Positions 1-8,336 of a stretch of DNA of 24,000 nt are shown here, piece after piece (the stretch's first letter is position 1; each line of letters opens with the position of its first letter). A model generated the notes under the pieces. It was not told where the DNA came from and searched no databases. It saw only the letters and a program-made list of their open reading frames with translations. This DNA is from Hahella sp. KA22 (lineage in GTDB: Bacteria; Pseudomonadota; Gammaproteobacteria; Pseudomonadales; Oleiphilaceae): contig NZ_CP035490.1 of the NCBI RefSeq assembly GCF_004135205.1, positions 3,925,644 through 3,949,643 on the forward strand. Direction: 5' to 3'. The position numbers and the translations under genes were made by a program.

Positions 1-20
1 ATGAAATAGGAATTTCGCTG

Positions 21-1139
21 ATGGCTTCCGTTACATTGCAAAACCTGGGCAAGCAATACAAAAAACAGACCGTGCTGCGGGATATCCACTTACAGGTCAG
101 AGACGGCGAGTTTCTGGTATTGGTGGGGCCTTCTGGCTGTGGCAAATCCACACTGCTGCGCATGATCGCCGGGCTGGAAACTGTTTCCGGCGGCGATATC
201 CGTATCGGCGAGCGCTTGGTGAATCAGCTGGACCCGGTGGACCGGGGCATCGCCATGGTGTTCCAGTCCTATGCGTTGTATCCCCACATGACCGTGTGGG
301 ACAACATGGCGTTTGGCCTGAAAATGGCCGGCGTCGCCAAACCGGAGCGGGAGCGGCGCATTCAACAGGCGGTGGAATTGCTGCAACTGCAACCGCTGGT
401 CCAGCGCAAACCGGCGGAGCTGTCCGGCGGTCAGCGTCAGCGCGTGGCCATTGGGCGTGCGATCGTGCGCAAGCCGGAGGTATTTCTGTTTGATGAGCCG
501 CTTTCCAACCTCGACGCCAAACTGCGGGATCAGATGCGGGTGCAACTGTCCGAACTGCATCAGCGCCTGGGGGCCACCATGATTTACGTCACCCATGACC
601 AGAAAGAAGCCATGACCATGGCGGACCGCATCGTGGTGATGCGCAATGGCGTTATCGAGCAAGTGGGTACGCCCCTGGAGTTATATCATCAGCCCGCCAA
701 CCGCTTTGTCGCCGGTTTTATCGGCTCACCCGCCATGAACTTTCTGCCCGTGCGCATGAGGGCGCTGACTGCCCGTGATGTTTCTCTGGAGCTGCCGTGG
801 GGGCAGGCGATTCAGGTCGACGCGTCCAGATTTAACTTGAATGCGGGGGGAGCAGGCCTGAAAGCTGGCGTGCAACTGGAGCTGGGCATACGCGCTCAGG
901 GGCTCGTCATCGACGACAGCAGCGACCTGCGCATGCAGGTTGACGTGGTGGAGGAGCTGGGCAATATCGCCTATGTGCATGGACGTATTCAAACGCATCG
1001 TCTGATCATGGAGACAACTACCCGAGCGCCTCGCGCCGGAACCGAGGTGGGCGTCAGATTAAAGCCGGACATGCTGCATCTGTTTGACGAGCATGCGATG
1101 AGTCTGGCCTCGCAGATGGAGCGCGCCCATGCTGCTTGA
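21..1139 (+). CDS. Sugar-type ABC transporter ATP-binding subunit (MalK/UgpC/MsmK-like)
   Basis: 372-aa ORF with Walker [13 protein letters not shown] signature LSGGQRQR, Walker B FLFDEPLS and H-loop YVTHD. The C-terminal ~130 aa resemble the MalK-type regulatory/TOBE extension. ATG at 21 is preceded by AGGAA. Confidence 0.93.
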   Translation: MASVTLQNLGKQYKKQTVLRDIHLQVRDGEFLVLVGPSGCGKSTLLRMIAGLETVSGGDIRIGERLVNQLDPVDRGIAMVFQSYALYPHMTVWDNMAFGLKMAGVAKPERERRIQQAVELLQLQPLVQRKPAELSGGQRQRVAIGRAIVRKPEVFLFDEPLSNLDAKLRDQMRVQLSELHQRLGATMIYVTHDQKEAMTMADRIVVMRNGVIEQVGTPLELYHQPANRFVAGFIGSPAMNFLPVRMRALTARDVSLELPWGQAIQVDASRFNLNAGGAGLKAGVQLELGIRAQGLVIDDSSDLRMQVDVVEELGNIAYVHGRIQTHRLIMETTTRAPRAGTEVGVRLKPDMLHLFDEHAMSLASQMERAHAA

Positions 1140-1941
1140 GATTATTGGAACCGGCGAAGCCTACGACCGTTATCGGGTGAACGCCGCGGTACTGGTGCAG
1201 GAACAGGACTTCCGCCTGCTGATCGATTGCGGACCAACAGTGCCCCAGGCGCTGTGGCGGCGTCAGTTGGCGGCGGACGCTATCGACGCGATCTATCTGA
1301 CCCACATTCATCCGGATCACGCCTCCGGCTTGACCGCGCTGTTGAACCAGTGGGGCTCCGCCGGGCGGCGTCAGCCTTTGCAGATTCTTTGTCAGCCCGG
1401 TCAGCAGGCGCACCTGGAGTGGATGTCCACTTATGCGGCCTGGCCTGAACAGTTGCCCTTCGCTATTCAGTGGCGCGACGCCAGCCTGACCACGGAAATC
1501 GGCCCCTGGACGCTGCAAACGGCGCCGACCCAGCACAGCGTTAGCAATCTGGCGTTGCGCCTGGAGCAAAAAGGGCCCGTTTCCCATCCTACGGGCTCTC
1601 TGTTTTACAGCGGAGACGGTCGTCCGACCGCCGCAAGCGCCAGCTTGATGAGGGGATGCGTGATGGCCATGCAGGAGTGTTTTTCTCCTATGGAGCAGGG
1701 CGAGGGCAGCCATCATGGCGACTTGCCCGGCTGCCTGCGCCAATTGCAAAGCGCCCGTCCTCGTCATTTATTGCTGTATCACATTGAAGACGGCCAGCAT
1801 ACCGCTGTGGCCGAGTCCATCCGATCTCGCGTCGATGTGTCGGTGGCGGAGGATGGGGAGCGCTGGTGTTGCATCACCGGCGCGCCACTGAACGCGCGAT
1901 TAGATCAGCAAGGAGAACGCTATGCAGCGGGAGCAGGCTGA
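1129..1941 (+). CDS. MBL-fold metallo-hydrolase (RNase Z / beta-lactamase-fold family)
   Basis: 270-aa ORF with the HxHxDH metal motif ([10 protein letters not shown]). The start overlaps the upstream stop by 11 nt, which suggests an operon. GC3-rich codon usage like its neighbours. Confidence 0.8.
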   Translation: MLLEIIGTGEAYDRYRVNAAVLVQEQDFRLLIDCGPTVPQALWRRQLAADAIDAIYLTHIHPDHASGLTALLNQWGSAGRRQPLQILCQPGQQAHLEWMSTYAAWPEQLPFAIQWRDASLTTEIGPWTLQTAPTQHSVSNLALRLEQKGPVSHPTGSLFYSGDGRPTAASASLMRGCVMAMQECFSPMEQGEGSHHGDLPGCLRQLQSARPRHLLLYHIEDGQHTAVAESIRSRVDVSVAEDGERWCCITGAPLNARLDQQGERYAAGAG

Positions 1942-2710
1942 AGCGATTCTGCGGGAAGCCGGCGAACTGGCGCTGAGTTATTTCAGTCAGCGCGCTTCCT
2001 TGCGAGTGGAGCGAAAGGCCCGCCAGGATCTGGTCAGTGAGGCGGATCGGAACGTGGAGAGCCTGATACGGCGGCGCATTCAGGCGCTTTGTCCCGATGA
2101 CGGCCTGTTTGGCGAAGAGTTTGGCTTAGCGGCGACTTCCCGCTCGCATGGCGGCGCAGCATGTGTCTGGGTGATAGACCCCATCGACGGCACTACCAAT
2201 TTTCTGCGCGGCATTCCAGAGTTCGCTATCACTCTGTGTCGGGTGACCGACGGCGGGCCTGATATGGGACTGATCTATCATCCCCTTAGGCGGGAGATGC
2301 TATTCGCCGCCAAAGGCCAGGGCGCCTGCCGCAACGGCGTACGTTATCAGATTGAGTCGACGCCAGTGACGGCGGATAACGCTGTGTTGGGTCTGGGCTA
2401 TAACCTGAAGTCGGACAATGCGCAGCGGGCCATCTCTATCATGGGCCGTTGGACCGAGGCGGGCTGTGTGACCCGGCAGACAGGGTCGGCGGCGGTGGGA
2501 CTCAGTCAGGCGATTATCGGTCTGACCGACGGTTTCTACGAGCCTCAGCTGAACAGTTGGGACGCCCTGGCGGGACAGTTGATCGCAACCGAGGCGGGCT
2601 TACGCAGTTCCACGTTTCTGTGCGGAGAGCGTTTGACCCGGGGCGGACCAGTATGGATCGCCCGACCGGAACTGTTTGATCTGGTCAGGGAAGAGGAGAC
2701 CGCCTGGTGA
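1922..2710 (+). CDS. Inositol monophosphatase family protein (SuhB/IMPase-like)
   Basis: 262-aa ORF with IMPase signatures WVIDPIDGTTNF and WDALAG. Strong SD AAGGAGAA lies upstream of the ATG at 1922. It overlaps the upstream gene. Confidence 0.88.
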   Translation: MQREQAEAILREAGELALSYFSQRASLRVERKARQDLVSEADRNVESLIRRRIQALCPDDGLFGEEFGLAATSRSHGGAACVWVIDPIDGTTNFLRGIPEFAITLCRVTDGGPDMGLIYHPLRREMLFAAKGQGACRNGVRYQIESTPVTADNAVLGLGYNLKSDNAQRAISIMGRWTEAGCVTRQTGSAAVGLSQAIIGLTDGFYEPQLNSWDALAGQLIATEAGLRSSTFLCGERLTRGGPVWIARPELFDLVREEETAW

Positions 2711-3717
2711 TGCAGGACAAACGCATTACATCCGATGATGTGGCGAGATTGGCGGGGGTGTCACGCTCCGCCGTTTCCCGCACCTTTACTCCTGGCGCCA
2801 GCGTGTCGGAATCGACGCGCAACAGTGTCATCGCCGCCGCCAGAAAACTCGGGTACCGTCCCAACGCCCTGGCGCGCTCACTTACGGGACAACAGAGCGG
2901 TCTGGTGGCGGTGGTGATGGCGGAATTCGCCAATCCCTACGAATCCCAAGTGTTTTACGCGCTGACTCAGGCGCTGCAGAAGCTGGATAAGGTTTCCATG
3001 CTGGTGACGCCGGATGAATCCGGCGACATCAATAACTCATTGCAGCTGGTGGGCGCCTATCAGGTGGACAGCGCGATTATCGCCGCCGGTTCGTTGTCGC
3101 TGCAGGCGACGCAGATCTGTTTGACCATGGGAATTCCCTCTGTGTTGATGGGCCGCGACGACCCTTTCGGCAAAATCTGCTCGGTGCAGACCGATAACCG
3201 CATGGCTGGACGCCTGGCGGCGGAGCATCTGGTGAATTCCGGCGCCCAGCGACCTGCTTATATCGGCGGCCGTCCCGACGGACAGGCTTCTCAGGAGCGC
3301 AAGCAAGGTTTCTTAGACAGTCTGCGGGACCAGGGCGTCGAACCGCTGGGCCATTGCGACAACCCGGATTACAGCTATCAAAGCGGTTATCAAAGCGCCC
3401 TGGAATTACTGCAACGTCGTCCGGAAATCGACAGCCTCTTTTGCGCCTGCGACGCGCTCGCCTTCGGGGCCATGGACGCGATACGTCAACAACTGGGCCG
3501 AAAGACGCCGCAAGATATTCAGTTTGTCGGCGCGGACAACGTGCCCATGGCTGAATGGCCGGGTTATCAGCTGACCACCATCAGCCAGCCCGTGGAGCTG
3601 TTGGCGCAGGCGGTCATGGAAAATCTGGAGATCATTCTGACCCAGGGCCAGGCCATGGCCCGTTCCCGCCGCGTCGCCCCCTGGCTGGTGTCGCGGGCGA
3701 CCACTCGTAATTCTTGA
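2710..3717 (+). CDS. LacI family transcriptional regulator
   Basis: N-terminal HTH (ITSDDVARLAGVSRSAVSRTF...NSVIAAARKLGYRPNALARSL) followed by a periplasmic-binding-protein-like sugar-binding fold. ATG at 2710 overlaps the upstream TGA (TGATG). The ORF track's 2707 is a GTG one codon upstream. Confidence 0.9.
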   Translation: MQDKRITSDDVARLAGVSRSAVSRTFTPGASVSESTRNSVIAAARKLGYRPNALARSLTGQQSGLVAVVMAEFANPYESQVFYALTQALQKLDKVSMLVTPDESGDINNSLQLVGAYQVDSAIIAAGSLSLQATQICLTMGIPSVLMGRDDPFGKICSVQTDNRMAGRLAAEHLVNSGAQRPAYIGGRPDGQASQERKQGFLDSLRDQGVEPLGHCDNPDYSYQSGYQSALELLQRRPEIDSLFCACDALAFGAMDAIRQQLGRKTPQDIQFVGADNVPMAEWPGYQLTTISQPVELLAQAVMENLEIILTQGQAMARSRRVAPWLVSRATTRNS

Positions 3718-3733
3718 TGGCTTGTGGCGGTTT

Positions 3734-3768
3734 AAAAGCCCCCCTGAAACGGTTCAGAAGGGCTTTTT
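3734..3768. terminator. Bidirectional rho-independent terminator between convergent genes
   Basis: Imperfect hairpin AAAAGCCCCCCTGAA-ACGG-TTCAGAAGGGCTTTTT, with T-runs on both strands. It sits in the 66-nt gap between the LacI stop and the stop of the minus-strand lectin gene. Confidence 0.6.
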
Positions 3769-3783
3769 CGCAGTCATTTAGGG

Positions 3784-5268
3784 CTAAAAAGACGTCTGCG
3801 GCCAGTCCGACACGGATTCCAGATAGAATTTCTGGTTGTCGCCGCCGCTGCAGCGCCAGATTTGCCATTGTTCGGAGGATTCCGCAGTTCCGCCGGGGAT
3901 ATCCATGCAATGGCTGCCGTTGTTGTCCAGGTTCTGGAACTCGCCGGCCTCGGTGATGCGCCATTTCTCGGAACTTCCGCCGTCGCAATCCCACAAGTGC
4001 ATTTTGTCGCCGTTGTCCGCGGAGCCGGTACTGAAGTCAGCGCAGTAGCGGTTATCGCCTTTGGGGCGTAACTGGCCTTCCGCGGTATACACGAACTGCT
4101 GATTATCCCCGCCGCCGCAGGCCCAGGACAGCAGGTCGCCGCCATTGCCGTACTGCGCCTTATCCACATCCAGGCAGTACTCCGGTCTCACCTTGGGTTT
4201 GATTTTGAAGTACCCCGGTAAGCCCCGGCGCTGGCCAACCAGGGGAATGGAGCTGGCGGTCCAGCCAGGCGTGGAGGAGGGCGCGTCCAGATTCCAGCTG
4301 ATCACGGAGACGCCGTGGGCCACCGCCAGCCAGGCGCTCTCGTAGGAAGTGTTGGCGAAATCTCCGGCGGCGCCCCACAGGTGCATGATCTGTTTATATT
4401 GAGCCGCGCGGTTGGCGGTGAGCTGATAATGGTCGCCGGCTTTCACGTTGCCGCAGAAAAAGTAGGTGGAATGTTCGGCGGACATGGAGTCGATGGCGCC
4501 AGAGAATTCGTCCGCGTCGGCGGTGTCGATGTCTGGACACAGAAAAGTGGACTGAGCGCCGAAACGATTCATCAGCGCCGTCTCCATACGTCCGTTAACG
4601 TCGCCGATAAAGCCCCCGGTCAACACCACGATCAGTTTGCCTTTCAGCTCCGAGACCTTCGGCCAGCCCACGTTTTTCAAGGTGTTGCGATAGTTGGACT
4701 GGAAATGTGGATTAAGGCGGTTGATCAGGTCCTGATACTGATAGAACCGGTTGCCGAGGCGGCTGTTCAGGTAATTGCCGATAAACTCATCCAGCTGCTC
4801 CACTTCCGAGGCATACCAGGCGTTCAACGGGTCCCAACTGGCTTTCATGTCGACGAACAGAACCAGCGGCATGGCGTTGGGGTGACCGTTCATCCAGCTC
4901 ACTACGTCGTCCAGGCAATGACCAAGCTGGTCGTCGCTGCCTGCGCTGCAGTTCTGATTTCCGGGGGAGGCGCTGTGGGAGACGTAGGGGCCTTTATCCC
5001 AGCTTTCCCAGTCGCCGCGGTCGATGACATCCAGCTCCAGGGTGCGATAACCGCGCTCAAGCCACTCGCTCAAACGACTTCCATGTTCAAAGCTGTTGTG
5101 AGGTTGCGCGTAGTACAACTCGTCAAAACGATGATTGTCATTGGCGGCTTTGGCCTGGAACGGCGGATAGAACGTTTCACCCGCGTTGGCGCCTGTGCTG
5201 AATCCCAATGAGAATGCGACGGAGCAAACGGCGGCCAGGACGGCGGGCGTTTTCCATTTGAATAACAT
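3784..5268 (-). CDS. Secreted PLC-like phosphodiesterase (PI-PLC X-like) fused to a C-terminal ricin-B (beta-trefoil) lectin domain
   Basis: Signal peptide MLFKWKTPAVLAAVCSVAFSLGFSTGANA from the ATG at 5268 (the track start at 5280 is a TTG). The N-terminal region PHNSFEH...GYRTLELDVID resembles the PI-PLC X-box/TIM-barrel phosphodiesterase. The C-terminal ~130 aa have three Cys-rich Q-x-W-like repeats (DNQQFVY, SSEKWRI, SSEQWQIW/DNQKFYL) typical of ricin B lectins. Confidence 0.8.
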   Translation of the reverse strand: MLFKWKTPAVLAAVCSVAFSLGFSTGANAGETFYPPFQAKAANDNHRFDELYYAQPHNSFEHGSRLSEWLERGYRTLELDVIDRGDWESWDKGPYVSHSASPGNQNCSAGSDDQLGHCLDDVVSWMNGHPNAMPLVLFVDMKASWDPLNAWYASEVEQLDEFIGNYLNSRLGNRFYQYQDLINRLNPHFQSNYRNTLKNVGWPKVSELKGKLIVVLTGGFIGDVNGRMETALMNRFGAQSTFLCPDIDTADADEFSGAIDSMSAEHSTYFFCGNVKAGDHYQLTANRAAQYKQIMHLWGAAGDFANTSYESAWLAVAHGVSVISWNLDAPSSTPGWTASSIPLVGQRRGLPGYFKIKPKVRPEYCLDVDKAQYGNGGDLLSWACGGGDNQQFVYTAEGQLRPKGDNRYCADFSTGSADNGDKMHLWDCDGGSSEKWRITEAGEFQNLDNNGSHCMDIPGGTAESSEQWQIWRCSGGDNQKFYLESVSDWPQTSF

Positions 5269-5612
5269 GCGATATCTCAACTCTGCTCAATTTCCGGCCA
5301 AACGCCACCCGTGCTTGCAGCAGAATCGCTGAAAACCTCAGGCGCGTTTAACGCGAAAGATGTGTGATATCCAGAGCCGAGAAACAGATGCGCCTCTCGG
5401 CCCCGGCGTTTGCAGTGGCCGCCACGATGTCATCTTGAAAAAAACAAATGACAGCGCAGTGAAGCGGAGTTGAAGGTTATTCGTGCATGGCCGTGCAACG
5501 GGATGGCTGGCGACGCCGCCGGGATCGCTATGCGGCGGCGCGATCTCTTTCCTGACGGCGACGCAGATCGGCCTTGAAACGGCGGGCGCTACAACAGCGG
5601 CCGGAATTAACA

Positions 5613-5750
5613 GCAGGTCGAAAAAGCGCAGCGCCTTTCGAGGTTTAGCGCTATGTCTACGTAGGATTAATGCATTCAAATACAGTTGGTTGTAAGATAT
5701 TTTTAATGCTGATTGTTGGATGGCGCTGCGTTTATCCAACCTACGTTTAT
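5613..5750. repeat. Composite REP/BIME-like element, copy 1 (left hairpin + AT-rich linker + right hairpin)
   Basis: Left arm GCAGGTCGAAAAAGCGCAGCGCCTTTCGAGG. Right arm GTTGGATGGCGCTGCGTTTATCCAACCTACGTTTAT (5715..5750). Same architecture as copies at 6596..6726, 6819..6950 and 22187..22307. Confidence 0.75.
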
Positions 5751-5780
5751 CACTGCATGCGCTGATTTGCGGGTGTGAAA

Positions 5781-6599
5781 ATGGATAGAACCGACGTTTG
5801 CTGGGACATGCTCTACATCGGCTGGGATGTGGGCGGCTGGAACTGCGATAGCAACAGTAAAAGCCGTGACGCCTTGGCGGTGTTGGATAATCAGCGCAAC
5901 CTGCTGGGCAAGCCCTGGCGAGGGAATTTGCGGACAGTTATCAATCAGGCCGCCACCACGGCGGAATGGATTCAGGCGCTGCTTGATTGCTGCGAGGTCA
6001 AATGGGCACTTCCTGCTGTGACCCTAGCAATCGATACGCCTTTGGGCTTCTCCCTGGCGTTGCAGCAACTGATCACTGGTGGAGCTCCAGTCGACCGGCT
6101 GGATGAGTCCGCCGCCAACCCTTATCTGTTCCGTTTCACTGAGCGTTTTTTATTCCAACATGGCTTGACGCCACTGTCTGTGGTCAAAGATATGATCGGC
6201 AGTCAGGCCACGAAAGGCATGCATGCGCTCGCAAAATTCGCGTCTCGGCGAAAATCCGTGGGTGTTTGGGAAGGGGATGGTCAGCTTCAGGCAATCGAAG
6301 CCTATCCGTCGTCCTGCAAACACTCCGACCTTATGGCGACGCTGCTGGAGCCATTTTGCTCTGAGCGGCGCAGCGACAAGCAGCCCATACGTGATCACTG
6401 GCGAGACGCCGCATTTATAGCGAACATCGACCATGACGACAAACGGGACGCACTGATCTGCGCCTTGATCGCCTGGCTGTTCGTGAACCAGCCCGAACAG
6501 CTCCAACAGCCTGAACCCGGTACCCCTTTGTCGGAAGGCTGGATCTTCGTCCCCAGAGATGGATTGGATGTAAAGATGAAAAGCTACAAAACCAAGTAG
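5781..6599 (+). CDS. Hypothetical protein, DUF429-like / RNase-H-fold predicted nuclease
   Basis: About 272-aa ORF. The N-terminus IGWDVGGWNCD...DALAVLD, the mid AIEAYPSS and the C-terminal DHDDKRDALICALIAWLF resemble the DUF429 pattern (GIDxxxxGW ... E.HP ... DALDAL.CA). Start is uncertain (GTG 5775, ATG 5781, ATG 5808). The stop TAG lies inside repeat copy 2. Confidence 0.6.
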   Translation: MDRTDVCWDMLYIGWDVGGWNCDSNSKSRDALAVLDNQRNLLGKPWRGNLRTVINQAATTAEWIQALLDCCEVKWALPAVTLAIDTPLGFSLALQQLITGGAPVDRLDESAANPYLFRFTERFLFQHGLTPLSVVKDMIGSQATKGMHALAKFASRRKSVGVWEGDGQLQAIEAYPSSCKHSDLMATLLEPFCSERRSDKQPIRDHWRDAAFIANIDHDDKRDALICALIAWLFVNQPEQLQQPEPGTPLSEGWIFVPRDGLDVKMKSYKTK

Positions 6600-6726
6600 G
6601 TCGGAAAAGTGCAGCGCCTTCCGACGCTATGTTTTCATGTGAGTAAATGCAATTAATTTAATGGATTGAGATTGTTTGTTAAATCCGTTTGTTGGATGGC
6701 GCTTTGCTTATCCAACCTACGTTTAT
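6596..6726. repeat. Composite REP/BIME-like element, copy 2
   Basis: Left arm GTAGGTCGGAAAAGTGCAGCGCCTTCCGACGCTATGTT, a ~57-nt AT-rich linker, and right arm GTTGGATGGCGCTTTGCTTATCCAACCTACGTTTAT (6691..6726). The reverse complement of the right arm (GTAGGTTGGATAAGCAAAGCGCCATCCAAC) is homologous to the left arm, so the arms act as terminal inverted repeats. Confidence 0.8.
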
Positions 6727-6741
6727 GAGTTGGAAGATGTC

Positions 6742-6772
6742 GGGGAAGTGCGGGCGGGCCGCCCGCGCTCCC
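6742..6772. repeat. 31-bp GC-rich palindromic repeat, left copy (flanks the DarT-DarT-DarG insert)
   Basis: GGGGAAGTGCGGGCGGGCCGCCCGCGCTCCC is identical to 9407..9437 in direct orientation. It contains the near-perfect palindrome GCGGGCGG-G-CCGCCCGC. Confidence 0.85.
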
Positions 6773-6818
6773 AGGACAGTCAGGGCTTGAGCAGGCTTTG
6801 TGTTTCGTCGCGAGTTGG

Positions 6819-6950
6819 GTAGGCCGGAAAAGCGAAGCGCCTTCCGACGCTGTGTTGCTCTCTTTTTAATGTCATTAATATCAATAAGTTGAATGGTTTT
6901 GTTAAGCCAAATAGTTGGATGTGTCAGATTGACGCGGCAATGGCGCTGGG
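6819..6950. repeat. Composite REP/BIME-like element, copy 3 (right arm degenerate or interrupted)
   Basis: Left arm GTAGGCCGGAAAAGCGAAGCGCCTTCCGACGCTGTGTT, then an AT-rich linker homologous to copy 2. The right arm begins AGTTGGATG but diverges (GTGTCAGATTGACGCGGCAATGGCGCTGG). Confidence 0.6.
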
Positions 6951-6985
6951 AGTGCATCAGGCCGCCTTAATGCTACCCAGCCTAA

Positions 6986-7014
6986 TTGCAGGATTACTGT
7001 GCGGTGATTTAAAT
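6986..7014 (+). promoter_or_regulatory. Candidate sigma70-type promoter for the DarT-DarT-DarG operon
   Basis: TTGCAG, a 17-nt spacer, then TTAAAT, about 75 nt upstream of the first DarT-like ATG. The match to consensus is weak. A GAGGA SD lies 8 nt before the ATG at 7088. Confidence 0.25.
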
Positions 7015-7087
7015 GAGCTAGATTTTATTATGTGCCGCCAGACTCAGTCGTAGCACAGGAACTGTTGAAGGAAATGAGGATAATGCA

Positions 7088-7687
7088 ATGCCGAGGGATA
7101 TTAAAAATAAAATGCTGGTTTACCATCTGACTGCGCTGGAGAACCTGCCATCTATTCTTGCTAATGGGCTAATGGCGCGTGCTGAGCTGCAGGCAAATTC
7201 CTTCGAGGATATTGCTGATTCTGAGATAATTCGATCCCGTGCCGAGCAAAGTTTAGATAGTTATGTACCCTTTCATTTTTTTTCTAGAACACCTTTTGAC
7301 TACGCAGCTCAGCGTGGGAATATAGACGTTCCTTTTATTTTGATTGCGGTACGAAGATCTCATGCAAAAGCAAGGTCTTGGAAAATTATTCCAAGACACC
7401 CCTTATCTCTTAACAATGGCGAAAAAGTCGTAATTATGGAGTATGACCAGGGAATTGAAGCAATTAATTGGGCGCTGATGGAAAGCACCGATCACTGCTA
7501 CGGTGCAGACTCTGATTATAAACAGGCATGTATGGCGGAGTGTTTATCGCCAACAGCCGTGAGTGCTGCCAATTTCCATTCAATATTTGTGAAAACAGAC
7601 GAAGATAAGTCTATCGTACTTGGCCTGCTAAAGGAGGCTGGCATTGACCTACATGTCAACCTAGTTCCGACTATGTTTGTTAATTAA
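7088..7687 (+). CDS. DarT-like DNA ADP-ribosyltransferase (DUF4433 family), divergent copy A
   Basis: 199-aa ORF in the AT-rich insert. It has the DUF4433 N-terminal motif LVYHLTALENLPSILANGL, SYVPFHFF, and an ARTT-like Glu in KQACMAECLS. It is colinear with the downstream paralog across its whole length. SD GAGGA is present. Confidence 0.8.
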   Translation: MPRDIKNKMLVYHLTALENLPSILANGLMARAELQANSFEDIADSEIIRSRAEQSLDSYVPFHFFSRTPFDYAAQRGNIDVPFILIAVRRSHAKARSWKIIPRHPLSLNNGEKVVIMEYDQGIEAINWALMESTDHCYGADSDYKQACMAECLSPTAVSAANFHSIFVKTDEDKSIVLGLLKEAGIDLHVNLVPTMFVN

Positions 7688-7691
7688 TACA

Positions 7692-8336
7692 ATGATCTAT
7701 ACCAGTTTGAACCCACAGAAAGCGCTCATCTGGCGCATTGTTCATCGTGAAAATGTTCCTTGGATTCTAGACCACGGTTTGCACTGTGGAAACAGTCCAG
7801 TTAGCTCGTCTAATTGGGTGAGTATTGGTAATCCTGAGTTAACTGACAAACGCGCGACGCATGCAGTTCCCGTGGGGCCAAAAGGATACTTGAATGACTA
7901 TGTGCCTTTCTATTTCACTCCGTTCTCCCCAATGATGAAAAATATTCACAGCGGATGGGGAGGAATTAAACAGCGGCCGAATGAGGAGATTGTAATTCTC
8001 GTTTCCGACTTGTACCGTGTCAGCGAAATGGGGCTACCCTTTGTTTTTACCAATGGGCATGCATATTACGCTTGGACCGACTTCTTCACTGACCTAGACG
8101 ACCTAGAAAATATTGATTGGACTATTATCCAGTCCAGAGATTTCAAGCGAGACCCTAATGACCCAGCCAAATTCGAGCGATATCAGGCTGAGGCACTGAT
8201 ACATCAATCTTGTCCAGTCGATGCCTTAAAGGGCATGGTTTGTTACACTGAAAACACAAAAAAACGATTGGATGGTTGGTTGCACGAGCGACAAATGGCC
8301 ATGCCAGTTCATGCGCGGCCAAGGTGGTATTTCTAA
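7692..8336 (+). CDS. darT: DarT-like DNA ADP-ribosyltransferase (DUF4433 family), canonical-looking copy B
   Basis: About 214 aa from the ATG at 7692 (an alternative TTG at 7677 overlaps copy A). Motifs are [45 protein letters not shown] and [10 protein letters not shown] (catalytic-Glu motif QAE.L), which closely resemble characterised DarT. The stop overlaps the darG start (TAATG). Confidence 0.85.
   Translation: MIYTSLNPQKALIWRIVHRENVPWILDHGLHCGNSPVSSSNWVSIGNPELTDKRATHAVPVGPKGYLNDYVPFYFTPFSPMMKNIHSGWGGIKQRPNEEIVILVSDLYRVSEMGLPFVFTNGHAYYAWTDFFTDLDDLENIDWTIIQSRDFKRDPNDPAKFERYQAEALIHQSCPVDALKGMVCYTENTKKRLDGWLHERQMAMPVHARPRWYF

Noticed and set aside
4315-5211. 298-aa + strand ORF antisense to the PLC-like/ricin-lectin gene. 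Similar long antisense ORFs lie at 90..662, 1054..1767, 9413..9874, 15774..16292, 18946..19662 and 23373..23897.
   Set aside because: These are typical shadow ORFs on the opposite strand of GC-rich genes. Their products are low-complexity and rich in Arg, Gly, Ala and Val with no motifs, while the opposing frames carry clear domain signatures.
5338-5739. 133-aa minus-strand ORF (and the 70-aa + ORF at 5483..5695) in the intergenic region upstream of the lectin gene
   Set aside because: It overlaps composite repeat copy 1 and GC-rich non-coding-looking sequence. I see no SD or recognisable motif. I treat the region as intergenic and regulatory.
5715-6726. Possibility that the GTTGGAT...ATCCAAC elements are integron attC sites and the flanked genes are integron cassettes
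   Set aside because: GTTGGAT and ATCCAAC do match the attC core consensus (GTTRRRY and RYYYAAC). However, they occur in the wrong order and only 12 nt apart within one small hairpin. No intI integrase or attI is visible, and the DUF429-like gene has host-like composition. A REP/BIME-like interpretation fits better.
5613-6950. Possibility that the recurring repeats form a CRISPR array
   Set aside because: Repeats are about 35 nt but unevenly spaced (tens to about 850 nt), belong to at least three different sequence families, and one 'spacer' is a whole gene. No cas genes are present.
6679-6957. 92-aa minus-strand ORF in the gap between the DUF429-like gene and the DarT-like genes
   Set aside because: It is composed almost entirely of translated REP/composite-repeat sequence (copies 2 and 3 plus the 31-bp palindrome). 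It has no RBS and an odd amino-acid composition, so it is most likely spurious.
8276-8335. Upstream extension of the DarG ORF to the track's start at 8276
   Set aside because: The extension ([20 protein letters not shown]) lies wholly inside the DarT-B coding region in another frame. The macrodomain begins at the ATG at 8336, which forms a TAATG stop/start junction with DarT-B.
7088-8336. Reading the two DarT-like ORFs as one frameshifted or split darT pseudogene
   Set aside because: Each ORF independently spans the complete DUF4433 motif series, from the N-terminal ..NL/V P.IL..GL, through YVPF.F, to the ARTT Glu motif. Each also has the normal DarT length of about 200-215 aa, so they are two complete paralogs and not halves of one gene.
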